Shown: positions 7,635 through 16,921, counted from the first letter of the stretch. The stretch is DNA of 64,000 bases from Gammaproteobacteria bacterium (GCA_050118655.1 JASFKL010000001.1:186-64185), one strand, 5' to 3'. Notes: generated by a model from the letters alone, not told the origin. Numbers and translations: made by a program.

Positions 7635-10265
7635 ATGAAAACCCGTTTTTGGAGTAGCGACTGGTTCGCCGGGCTGCTGATTACCATCGTGATTGTGGCG
7701 GTCTCGGGTTCCGGCCCCTTCCAAAGCCTGGAGCGCTCGTTTTACGACTGGGGCGTGCGCTCGACCGACAGGACTCCCTCCGACAAGATTGCGATCATCG
7801 CCATCGACGACGAGAGTATCGACAACCTGGGCCGCTGGCCCTGGCCGCGCGACCTCCACGCCGAATTGATCAACCGGCTTTCCGAGGGCGGAGCCAAGGT
7901 CATCGGTCAAACCGTATTTTTCCTCGAACCCCAGGTCGATCCGGGGTTGACCTATATCCGCGAACTGATCGAGTTTTTCTCTACCGCGAGCTTCGGCGAC
8001 GTTCCCGCCGATATCGATGCGCTGGGCGCGATGCTGGAACTGGGCGGCAACAATCGCAAGATAAACGATATCCTCGAATTCTATCTCCAATCGAGCCTGA
8101 ATACGCGTCTCAACCAGGATATCGAAACCCTGAAATCCCGAATGTTCGAAGCCGAGCAGGCGCTCAACACCGACGCCAAGCTCGCCGAGAGCATGGAAAA
8201 AGCCAAGAACGTCGTGCTGGCGATGGTCTTTTACCTGGGCATCCCGCGCGGCAAGCCCGACGAGGAACTGCCCGACTACGTGCTGAAAAACTCGATCAGC
8301 CAGATCCGTGACCGCGTATCGGCACAACCCAACGGCCTGTTCCCGATTCCGACCATCGATGCGCTGACACCGATTCCGGAAATCGGCCGCTACGCGGCGG
8401 CGATCGGCCATCTCAATACCCTGCCCGATATCGACGGCGGGGTTCGTTCAGAGCCGCTGGTGCTGCAGTACTACGACCGCTTCTTCCCGTCGATATCGCT
8501 GCAAATCGCCGCGCGCAGCCTGAACCTCGACACCAACGACATCCGCGTCAATCTGGCGGAGAGCGTCGAACTCGGCAGTCTGGCAATCAAGACCGATACC
8601 CAGCTGCAGATGAATACCTTTTACTACTCGAATCGCGATGGTTTTCCGGCATTTCCGGTGGATTCGTTTTACGACGTATTCACCGGCAAGATTCCGATCG
8701 AAAAGTATCGCGGCAAGATCGTTTTGATCGGCCCCACCGCCACCGGCGTCGGTACGCCGCAGGTCACTCCCATCGATCCCGCAATGGCGCCGGTACTGAC
8801 GCTCGCACACTCGGTTTCGAGCATCCTCAAGGAGGATTTTTTCATCGAGCCCGAATGGGGCTTCTGGGCGCGCATGGGTACCTTCCTCGTGGTTGCGCTC
8901 TACCTGATGCTGCTGATGCCGCGGTTAAAGGCCGGTGTCGCTTTCGTGGTCACCACGGTGCTGGTGCTGGCACTGATCGCCACCCATTACATACTGATGA
9001 CCGGCAGCACGATGTGGATTCAGTTGATGACCCCGGGGGCCCTGCTGGTGATCGGTTACCTGTTGATCACCACCAAGAGATTCCTGGTCACCGAGCGCGG
9101 CAAGGCCAAATCCGACGTGGAATCGGCCGAGAGCAACCGGATGCTGGGTATCGCATTTCAAACCCAGGGTCAACTCGACATGGCGTTCGAAAAATTCCGC
9201 AAGTGCAGCCCGGTCGACGAACAGGTGCTCGAGGCGATGTACAACCTGGCGCTGGATTTCGAGCGCAAGCGGCAATTCAACAAGGCCACTTCGGTGTACC
9301 AGTACATGGCCAAGCACGACAAGAGCTTCCGTGATATCGAAACCCGTATGAACCGCGCGCAGAAGATGGAAGAAACCGTCATGCTCGGCGGTAGCGGCGG
9401 ACATGCGGGCGGCACCCTGCTGCTCGATGGCAGCGGTGTCGAAAAACCGATGCTGGGCCGTTACGAAGTCGAAAAGGAACTCGGCAAGGGCGCCATGGGT
9501 ATCGTCTACCTGGGCAAGGACCCCAAGATCAGCCGGGTCGTGGCGATCAAGACCATGGCCCTGGCGCAGGAGTTCGAAGCCGACGAACTCGACGAGGTCA
9601 AGGAGCGGTTCTTCCGCGAGGCGGAAACCGCGGGGCGCCTGAATCATCCCAATATCGTAACCATTTACGATGCCGGCGAGGAGCACGATCTCGCCTATAT
9701 CGCGATGGAATTTCTCAAGGGCTACGACCTTACGAAACACTGCAAGCCCGATAACCTGCTGGAAATGAATACCGTGGTCAGCATCGTCCAGCGCGCCGCC
9801 GAGGGCCTCGATTTCGCGCACCGGCAAAACGTCGTGCACCGCGATATCAAGCCGGCCAACATCATGTACGAGCCGGAATCGGATACCATCAAGATTACCG
9901 ATTTCGGTATCGCGAGAATTACCGATTCGAGCAAGACCAAGACCGGGATGGTACTCGGCACGCCCTCTTACATGTCTCCCGAACAACTGGCGGGCAAAAA
10001 AGTCGATGGACGTTCCGACCTGTTTTCACTCGGCGTCATGCTTTACCAGATGCTTTGCGGATCCCTGCCCTTCAAGGCGGATTCGATGGCCAGTCTGATG
10101 TTCAAGATCACCAACGAAGAGGCCCCGGACATTCGCAGCGTGCGCGAGGATATACCCCATGGCCTGGTCGAAGTAATCGCCTTGGCCATGACCAAGGATG
10201 CCGACCAGCGATATCAGACAGGAGCCGATTTTGCCAATGCATTGAAAGCATTTCTGAATAATTGA
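7635..10265 (+). CDS. CHASE2 sensor - transmembrane - TPR-like - Ser/Thr protein kinase
   Basis: CHASE2 signature IAIIAIDDESIDNLGRWPWPRD follows an N-terminal TM segment, and three TM helices lie around aa 410-480. The kinase motifs are all present: LGKGAMGIVY, VAIK, HRDIKPAN, DFG, GTPSYMSPE. RBS GGAGA lies upstream of the ATG at 7635. Confidence 0.9.
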   Translation: MKTRFWSSDWFAGLLITIVIVAVSGSGPFQSLERSFYDWGVRSTDRTPSDKIAIIAIDDESIDNLGRWPWPRDLHAELINRLSEGGAKVIGQTVFFLEPQVDPGLTYIRELIEFFSTASFGDVPADIDALGAMLELGGNNRKINDILEFYLQSSLNTRLNQDIETLKSRMFEAEQALNTDAKLAESMEKAKNVVLAMVFYLGIPRGKPDEELPDYVLKNSISQIRDRVSAQPNGLFPIPTIDALTPIPEIGRYAAAIGHLNTLPDIDGGVRSEPLVLQYYDRFFPSISLQIAARSLNLDTNDIRVNLAESVELGSLAIKTDTQLQMNTFYYSNRDGFPAFPVDSFYDVFTGKIPIEKYRGKIVLIGPTATGVGTPQVTPIDPAMAPVLTLAHSVSSILKEDFFIEPEWGFWARMGTFLVVALYLMLLMPRLKAGVAFVVTTVLVLALIATHYILMTGSTMWIQLMTPGALLVIGYLLITTKRFLVTERGKAKSDVESAESNRMLGIAFQTQGQLDMAFEKFRKCSPVDEQVLEAMYNLALDFERKRQFNKATSVYQYMAKHDKSFRDIETRMNRAQKMEETVMLGGSGGHAGGTLLLDGSGVEKPMLGRYEVEKELGKGAMGIVYLGKDPKISRVVAIKTMALAQEFEADELDEVKERFFREAETAGRLNHPNIVTIYDAGEEHDLAYIAMEFLKGYDLTKHCKPDNLLEMNTVVSIVQRAAEGLDFAHRQNVVHRDIKPANIMYEPESDTIKITDFGIARITDSSKTKTGMVLGTPSYMSPEQLAGKKVDGRSDLFSLGVMLYQMLCGSLPFKADSMASLMFKITNEEAPDIRSVREDIPHGLVEVIALAMTKDADQRYQTGADFANALKAFLNN

Positions 10266-10279
10266 GCCCAGACTGTTTG

Positions 10280-11104
10280 ATGAATTTGCAAAACAAGATA
10301 ACCATCCAGGGCCTGACTGACACGGGGATAGTGCGCGGCAAGAACGAGGACGCGATCGGTTATGACAGCGCGCTGGGTCTCGTGGTTCTCGCCGATGGCA
10401 TGGGAGGTCATCGCGGCGGCGAAATAGCCAGCAGTATGACCGTCGATACGGTTATCAATCTCCTGCAGCAGCGGCTGCCGGAAATCAACTCCGGCGACGT
10501 CGACGAAGCCAGTGGATTTTCGATGGAGTCGATTTGTATCCAGGATGCCGTGGTCGCGGCCAACGAACTGGTCTACAAGACCGCCGAGGCCAATCCCGAA
10601 CACAAGGGAATGGGCACCACGATCGTGGTATTGCAGTTCTACAACAATTCCTTCTCCCTCGCCCATATCGGCGACTCGCGCTGTTATCGTCTGCGCAATG
10701 ACAAGCTCGAACAGATTACCAAGGATCACTCCCTGTTACAGGAACTCATCGACCGCGGCTTCTATACGCCCGAAGAAGCGCGCAATTCGATGAACAAGAA
10801 TCTCGTGACGCGTGCCCTGGGCATCGATCCGATCGTCATGCCGGACATACAGGAGGATATAGTCCTGAAAAATGACATATATTTGCTATGTTCAGATGGG
10901 TTAACGGATTTAGTCGAAGACGAAGATATATACTTAACTATTAAGCAATTTAGTGCTAATCTAGAAGAAGCTGCCAAGCAATTGATTACAAAGGCAAACC
11001 AGAATGGCGGAAAGGATAATATTTCGGTAATGCTGTGCCGGATTGACGATGATTTTTCGTCCCGGCAAGGCTGGTTCAACAAGATTGTCGGCTGGTTCGA
11101 CTAA
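10280..11104 (+). CDS. PP2C-family Ser/Thr protein phosphatase
   Basis: RGKNEDA, LADGMGGH, GMGTT, LCSDGL and GGKDNISV motifs. The ATG at 10280 was preferred over the track's TTG at 10262. The gene starts 14 nt after the kinase stop. Confidence 0.9.
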   Translation: MNLQNKITIQGLTDTGIVRGKNEDAIGYDSALGLVVLADGMGGHRGGEIASSMTVDTVINLLQQRLPEINSGDVDEASGFSMESICIQDAVVAANELVYKTAEANPEHKGMGTTIVVLQFYNNSFSLAHIGDSRCYRLRNDKLEQITKDHSLLQELIDRGFYTPEEARNSMNKNLVTRALGIDPIVMPDIQEDIVLKNDIYLLCSDGLTDLVEDEDIYLTIKQFSANLEEAAKQLITKANQNGGKDNISVMLCRIDDDFSSRQGWFNKIVGWFD

Positions 11105-11150
11105 CGGATTACACACCCAGTACAAACTACTCTACAGGCTGGATAATAAA

Positions 11151-11873
11151 ATGGTCGCAAAACTGATCACTACTTCAAGCACGGGCGAAAAAACCGAGTA
11201 TGAACTGGTCAATGAAACCACCACGATTGGGCGTAAGCCGGGTAACGATATTCAAATCGATAATCTGTCAGTCAGCGGCAGGCATGCGCAGGTAATCACC
11301 ATCCTCGAAGATTCATTTCTGGAAGATCTCGGCAGCACCAACGGCACTTACGTCAACGGCAAACTGGTAAAAAAACACGCGCTCGAAGACGGCGACAGTA
11401 TCACCCTGGGCAAGTATCAAATCACCTACCAGAATAACTCCGGCGGCGGTGAACAGGATTTCGAACAAACCATGATTATCCGCCCCGGCGAAGCGGGCAT
11501 GCCCGAAGAAGCCGGCAGCAAGGAAATCGACAAGTCGGTGCAAAAAATTTCAGCGGCGATCGCCTCGGAGGCAGCCAGCACAGCCTCGTCGCCGATGTCT
11601 AACAAGGAAGCCTGCCTGCAATTGCTCAGCGGCGCCAACGCCGGCAAGGAGCTGGTATTGACCAAGGCCCTGACCACCATCGGCCAGCCGGGTGTGCAGG
11701 TGGCGGCGATCACCCGCCGTCCGCAAGGCTTTTTCCTGATTCACGTCGATGGCGGCCCGAACAACAATGTCCCGAAAGTCGGCGGCTCGGAGATCGGCTC
11801 GAACGCGCACGAACTCAAGAGCCACGACATTATCGAAGTAGCCGGCGTAAAAATGGAGTTCTACCTCAAATAA
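11151..11873 (+). CDS. FHA domain protein (canonical N-terminal FHA plus degenerate C-terminal FHA-like domain)
   Basis: TIGRKPGNDIQI...SGRHAQ...STNGTYVNG gives the canonical G-R / S-x-x-H / N-G pattern. The C-terminal half (TIGQPGVQVAAI...VGGSEI...DIIEVAGVKMEF) has the fold pattern but lacks the R, S and H residues. The start was moved to the ATG at 11151. Confidence 0.85.
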   Translation: MVAKLITTSSTGEKTEYELVNETTTIGRKPGNDIQIDNLSVSGRHAQVITILEDSFLEDLGSTNGTYVNGKLVKKHALEDGDSITLGKYQITYQNNSGGGEQDFEQTMIIRPGEAGMPEEAGSKEIDKSVQKISAAIASEAASTASSPMSNKEACLQLLSGANAGKELVLTKALTTIGQPGVQVAAITRRPQGFFLIHVDGGPNNNVPKVGGSEIGSNAHELKSHDIIEVAGVKMEFYLK

Positions 11874-11913
11874 AGCCGTTCCTGCTCGTCCGCATTGAAA
11901 CCGGGGGCAAACA

Positions 11914-14145
11914 ATGCAATTACAGCGCATAGTCAGGCTGGTGCTTAGCGCACTGATCCTGCTGGTCATCCTGCTCGACACCTCCGGAGTTTACAAGTAT
12001 CCATTCATCAAGCAGCTGGAAAACTGGACTTACGACGCGCGGCTGAACTTTACCCGTCCCGATACCGTCGACGATCGCGTGGTTATCGTCGATATCGACG
12101 AAACCTCGCTCGCCGAGGTCGGCCGCTGGCCCTGGGGTCGCGACCAGCTCGCGCGCATCGTCGACAACCTGTTCGACTTTTACGGGGCCGACGTGGTCGC
12201 CTTCGATATCGTATTCGCCGAAAAAGACGAGAGCTCCGGACTGGAACAGTTCGAGCAGCTGGCGCGAACCACGTTGCGCGGCGACGAGGAATATATCGAG
12301 GCGCTCGATAAGATCCGGCCGAGCCTCAAACACGACGAAATTTTCGCGCAGAGCCTGGTCGGTAAAAACGTCGTTCTCGGCTATTACTTCAAGTCCAGGT
12401 TGCAGGAAGGAGAAAGCGGTGTCACCGGCCTCCTGCCCCCCGCATTGACCAGGATGGACAGGCAGTGGAGCGAACGCCTGCCGATCAACAAGGCGGTAGG
12501 CTACGGCGGCAACCTGGAAATACTGCAAACCTCGGCACGCTCCGGCGGCTACTTCGACAACCCCTTCGTCGATGCCGACGGCGTATTTCGCCGCGTGCCG
12601 CTGGTGCAGTCCTACCAGGGCTACCTGTTCGCCTCGCTGGCTCTCGCCACTACCCAGGCGTATCTCGACGCCGACGGTATCGAGCTGGCGATCGAAACCG
12701 AGGGAACGCGCGGCGAGAACGAATATTTCGCGCTGGAGACGATTAACCTGAAGAATCACAAGATTCCCGTGGACGCCAACGGCGCGGTGTTCGTGCCCTA
12801 CCGCGGCAGGCAGGGAAGCTTTCCCTATATCCCCGCCCACGAAGTGCTGAGCCGCAAGACCAACCCGCTGGCGCTAAAGAACAAGATCGTACTGATCGGC
12901 ACCTCGGCACCGGGCCTGCTCGACCTGCGCTCTACTCCAGTACAAAACATTTATCCCGGGGTCGAGGTCCATGCCAATATCATTTCCGGCATCCTCGACG
13001 ATCGTATCAAGCACAAGCCGGCCTGGACGGTGGGTTACGAACTCGTGTTACTGATAGTCATCGCGGTCAGCATGGCCTTGCTGTTGCCGCTGGTTTCGCC
13101 GCTGCTGGCGGCGACCGGGACGCTCGGGATTACCGGCCTGGTGGTCGCCGGAACCTTCGTCGCCTGGAACAACAACCTGATCCTGCCGCTGGCGAGCCCG
13201 CTGCTGCTGATTCTGTTGCTGTTCATGCTGCACATGTCCTACGGATTCTTCATCGAGTCCCGTGGCAAGCGGCAGCTCGCTAACCTGTTCGGGCACTACA
13301 TACCGCCCGAACTGGTCGACGAGATGAGCGAATCGCCCGAGGAATATTCGCTCGAGGGCGAGAACCGTGAAATGACCGTGCTGTTTTCGGACGTGCGCGG
13401 ATTCACGTCGATCTCGGAAGGCATGGACCCGAAACAGTTGACCCAGCTCATGAACGCGCTGTTGACGCCGATGACGCGCGTCATCCACAAGAACCGGGGT
13501 ACGATAGACAAGTACATGGGAGATGCCATCATGGCCTTCTGGGGCGCGCCGCTGGCCAATGCCGAGCATGCCCGGCACGCGCTCTATGCCGCACTCCAGA
13601 TGATGGAAGAACTGAAGATAATGCAGGAAGACTTCAAGCAACGCGGCTGGCCGACGGTCAACATCGGTATCGGCTTGAACACCGGCGACATGAACGTCGG
13701 CAACATGGGATCGGAATTCCGCATGGCTTATACCGTGCTCGGCGACGCGGTCAACCTGGGTTCGAGGCTCGAGGGCCTGACCAAGGAATACGGCGTCAAC
13801 ATCATCGTCAGCGAATCCACCAAGGCGGCGATACCCGAATTCGTATTCCGAGAACTCGACCTGGTCAGGGTGAAAGGCAAGAACGAACCGGTCGCAATTT
13901 TCGAACCGGTCGGGCACAAAAACGATCTCGACAAGTCGGTCACCTCGGAGATCAGCGAATACCGCAAGGCATTGATGAACTTTCGCTCCCAGTCCTGGGA
14001 CAAGGCCGAGCTCGATTTCTTCAACCTCAACCGCATCAACCCGGACCGGCAGCTATACCAGGTCTACCTCGAACGTATCGCGGTCTACCGCAGGGAGCCG
14101 CCCGGAGAGGGCTGGGACGGCGTTTTTACGCACACCACGAAGTAA
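11914..14145 (+). CDS. CHASE2 sensor - transmembrane - class III adenylate/guanylate cyclase
   Basis: CHASE2 signature VVIVDIDETSLAEVGRWPWGRD, followed by a TM cluster around aa 370-450. Cyclase motifs are MTVLFSDVRGFTS, IDKYMGDAIMAFWGAP and YTVLGDAVNLGSRLE. Confidence 0.9.
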   Translation: MQLQRIVRLVLSALILLVILLDTSGVYKYPFIKQLENWTYDARLNFTRPDTVDDRVVIVDIDETSLAEVGRWPWGRDQLARIVDNLFDFYGADVVAFDIVFAEKDESSGLEQFEQLARTTLRGDEEYIEALDKIRPSLKHDEIFAQSLVGKNVVLGYYFKSRLQEGESGVTGLLPPALTRMDRQWSERLPINKAVGYGGNLEILQTSARSGGYFDNPFVDADGVFRRVPLVQSYQGYLFASLALATTQAYLDADGIELAIETEGTRGENEYFALETINLKNHKIPVDANGAVFVPYRGRQGSFPYIPAHEVLSRKTNPLALKNKIVLIGTSAPGLLDLRSTPVQNIYPGVEVHANIISGILDDRIKHKPAWTVGYELVLLIVIAVSMALLLPLVSPLLAATGTLGITGLVVAGTFVAWNNNLILPLASPLLLILLLFMLHMSYGFFIESRGKRQLANLFGHYIPPELVDEMSESPEEYSLEGENREMTVLFSDVRGFTSISEGMDPKQLTQLMNALLTPMTRVIHKNRGTIDKYMGDAIMAFWGAPLANAEHARHALYAALQMMEELKIMQEDFKQRGWPTVNIGIGLNTGDMNVGNMGSEFRMAYTVLGDAVNLGSRLEGLTKEYGVNIIVSESTKAAIPEFVFRELDLVRVKGKNEPVAIFEPVGHKNDLDKSVTSEISEYRKALMNFRSQSWDKAELDFFNLNRINPDRQLYQVYLERIAVYRREPPGEGWDGVFTHTTK

Positions 14146-14151
14146 TACCGT

Positions 14152-15390
14152 TTACCAGCAGGCGCGTAATTCCCGCGCCAGTATGCCGACGCCTTTTTCG
14201 AGTTCCTCCTCGCTCTGCGCATAGTTCATGCGCACGCAACTCTCGGCGTGCGCGGACACGTTCTGCTGCCCGGGAAAGAAGTACTTGCCAGGCACGACCA
14301 GTAAACCGTTGCGCTTGAGCCGCTGGTAGAGTTCGGTAGTGGTCACGCCGAGATCTTCGAACCACAGCCACAGGAACATCGATCCCTCGGGTTTGTGGAT
14401 GTGCAGCCGCGGATCCTCGATCGCCTCGCGCAGCAGCCTGACCGCGAGTTCCGAGCGCTGCAGGTAAAACGGCCGGATGATATCGTCGCAAAGCGGTTGC
14501 AGGGCATCGTCGACGATCAGCTGGCGGACGATTTCGGCGCCGAGACCCGCCGGCGCGAGGCTGGTTATCGCGGTCATGTTGGAAAAATAGCGAATCAACT
14601 CCTCGTTGGCGATCACGATCCCGGTACGCGCGCCGGGCAACCCGAGCTTCGACAGGCTCATGCAAACGATGCAGTTATCGTTCCAGAAGGGATTGACGCC
14701 GGTGAATATGATGTTCGGGAAAGGCGTGCCGTAGGCATTGTCGATCAACAGCGGAACGTCGTGGTCGCGGGCGATCTGGTCGAGTTGCCCGCACTCGGCG
14801 TCGGTGAGCACGTTGCCGCTCGGATTGGTAGGCCGAGAAACGCAAATCAGGCCCACGGAATCGTCGGCCTCGAGCTGCTCGAAGTCGACCTGGTACTTGA
14901 AAAACCCGTCATCGAGGTGCTGAATCCTGGCCTCCTGGCTGGCGAGCAATCCCTCTTCGATACCGACGTCGCAGTAGCCGATATACTCGGGCACCAGCGG
15001 GATCAGAACGCGTTTACGGCCTTGCCTCGAGCGGCCGGCAAAAGAATTGAATAGAATGAAGAACGAACTCTGGCTACCGTGGGTCAAGGCGATATTGCGG
15101 CTGCTGATCGGCCAGCCGTAACGATCCCGGAAGTACTCGGCCAGCGCTTCGAGAAAGCCCGCCCTGCCCTGCGGCGCATCGTAGTTGGAAAGCGCCTCGA
15201 CCAGGGCGCCCGATTCCCGCAGTTTGTCGAGCACCTGGCCCACTATCTTCTTGACCTCGGGGATCGAAGCGGGATTGCCGCCGCCGAGCATGACCACGCC
15301 GGGTTGCGCGAGACCCTCGCTCAAATCGTCCATCAGGTGGGTAATACCGGAGTAACCGTTGAAATGTTCGCCGAATTCAGAAAATTTCAT
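14152..15390 (-). CDS. avtA: Valine--pyruvate (class I/II PLP) aminotransferase
   Basis: The N-terminus MKFSEFGEHFNGYSGITHLMDDLSEGLAQPGVVMLGGGNPASIPE parallels E. coli AvtA as I recall it. The PLP-lysine region is MSLSKLGLPGAR. Confidence 0.75.
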   Translation of the reverse strand: MKFSEFGEHFNGYSGITHLMDDLSEGLAQPGVVMLGGGNPASIPEVKKIVGQVLDKLRESGALVEALSNYDAPQGRAGFLEALAEYFRDRYGWPISSRNIALTHGSQSSFFILFNSFAGRSRQGRKRVLIPLVPEYIGYCDVGIEEGLLASQEARIQHLDDGFFKYQVDFEQLEADDSVGLICVSRPTNPSGNVLTDAECGQLDQIARDHDVPLLIDNAYGTPFPNIIFTGVNPFWNDNCIVCMSLSKLGLPGARTGIVIANEELIRYFSNMTAITSLAPAGLGAEIVRQLIVDDALQPLCDDIIRPFYLQRSELAVRLLREAIEDPRLHIHKPEGSMFLWLWFEDLGVTTTELYQRLKRNGLLVVPGKYFFPGQQNVSAHAESCVRMNYAQSEEELEKGVGILARELRACW

Positions 15391-15533
15391 TACGCCTGCT
15401 TAGAGTCGATAACAATTACAATTACTGACAGCATTTGAGAAAAATGCAACCGTTTTCGATCCCGCAACAACCACCCGGTTGACTGGCCCGTCCAATCTGG
15501 CAAGATTTGCGCGACGATAAATCCGGTGCGCGC

Positions 15534-15944
15534 ATGCAATATACCCACGATCTGGAATTCAAGGTACGCGATTACGAATGCGACATGCAAGGCGTGGTCA
15601 ACAACGGCGTCTACCAGAATTATCTCGAGCATGCGCGCCACGAGTTCCTGCAGGCCGAGGGTATCAACTTCGCTCAGGTGACTGCTTCGGGAATCAACCT
15701 GGTGGTGATTCGCGCGCAACTGGATTACCGGAAATCGCTGGTTTCGAACGACCGTTTCGTGGTGCGTAGCCTGTTGCGGCGGATATCCAGGGTCCGCTTC
15801 GAATTCCAGCAGGACATTTTTCGCTTGCCGGATGAAGAACTCGTGCTCAACGCGCTGATCACCGGCACCGCGGTCAACCGCAACGGCCGGCCCTGCGTGC
15901 CGGGCGAACTCGAAAAGCTGTTCAGCGCCGCCGAAGACGCCTGA
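15534..15944 (+). CDS. Acyl-CoA thioesterase, 4HBT/YbgC family
   Basis: Hotdog-fold thioesterase pattern FKVRDYECDMQGVVNNGVYQNYLEHARHEFL. The start was moved to the ATG at 15534. Confidence 0.75.
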   Translation: MQYTHDLEFKVRDYECDMQGVVNNGVYQNYLEHARHEFLQAEGINFAQVTASGINLVVIRAQLDYRKSLVSNDRFVVRSLLRRISRVRFEFQQDIFRLPDEELVLNALITGTAVNRNGRPCVPGELEKLFSAAEDA

Positions 15945-16116
15945 GCCTTGCGGACAGGCTCGCCGGCGCGACGATCGCAAGGAATACTCGCCGCGTCGTG
16001 ATCTTGTCCCGACGGATTACGGCGCGAGGCTCTTCGCCGGTATTCCGTACGCTGCAGTTTGTATTTGCATGCGAACCGGGACGCTGAGAAAATAGTCTTC
16101 ATTTTCGGGAGATGAT

Positions 16117-16902
16117 ATGGGTTTATTATCCGGCAAGAAGGCATTGATCGTCGGCATCGCCAGCAATCGCTCTATCGCTTACGGGATAGCGCAGGCCATG
16201 CATCGCGAAGGCGCCGAACTCGCCTTCAGTTATGCCAATGACAAGCTCAAACCCCGAGTGGAGAAATTCGCCGCCCAATTCGAATCCAGTATCGTGCTTC
16301 CCTGCGACGTCACCATCGACGACGAAATCACCGGCCTGTTCGACCAATTGTCGGATCACTGGTCCAGCCTCGACGTGCTGGTGCACTCGGTGGCTTTCGC
16401 GCCGCGCGAGGCCCTGTCGGGCGACTACCTGAATAATCTCGATCGCGAGGGATTTCGCATCGCCCACGACATCAGTTCCTACAGCCTGGCGGCGCTGGCC
16501 AAGGCAGCCCGGCCGATGATGCAAAATACCCGAGGCGCGATCGTTACCATGTCTTACCTGGGCTCGGAACGCGCACTGCCGAACTACAACATCATGGGGG
16601 TAGCCAAGGCCAGTCTCGAGGCCAACGTGCGTTACCTGTCGGCGGCACTGGGTCCGGAAGGCATCCGCGTGAATTCGATATCCGCGGGACCGATCAAAAC
16701 CCTGGCGGCGGCCGGTATAGGGGATTTCAAGAAGATTCTCGACGAGGTTGCCACCAATGCACCGCTGCGCAGAAACGTCACTATCGAGGACGTGGGCAAC
16801 GCGGCGGCATTTTTGTGCTCGGATTACGCCGCCGGTATCACCGGCGAGAATATCTACGTCGATTCCGGCTATAACATCGTCAGTATGGGGGTGCTCGAGT
16901 AG
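16117..16902 (+). CDS. fabI: Enoyl-[acyl-carrier-protein] reductase (NADH)
   Basis: [22 protein letters not shown]...[10 protein letters not shown]...SAGPIKT is a full-length FabI match. RBS GGGAGA is present. Confidence 0.95.
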   Translation: MGLLSGKKALIVGIASNRSIAYGIAQAMHREGAELAFSYANDKLKPRVEKFAAQFESSIVLPCDVTIDDEITGLFDQLSDHWSSLDVLVHSVAFAPREALSGDYLNNLDREGFRIAHDISSYSLAALAKAARPMMQNTRGAIVTMSYLGSERALPNYNIMGVAKASLEANVRYLSAALGPEGIRVNSISAGPIKTLAAAGIGDFKKILDEVATNAPLRRNVTIEDVGNAAAFLCSDYAAGITGENIYVDSGYNIVSMGVLE

Positions 16903-16916
16903 CCGCCGTCGGCGGC
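16902..16916. terminator. GC hairpin between convergent fabI and ppiD (possible bidirectional terminator)
   Basis: gccgcc-gtc-ggcggc forms a 6-bp GC stem with a 3-nt loop and overlaps the fabI stop. No U-tract follows it. Confidence 0.3.
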
Positions 16917-16921
16917 GAGGG

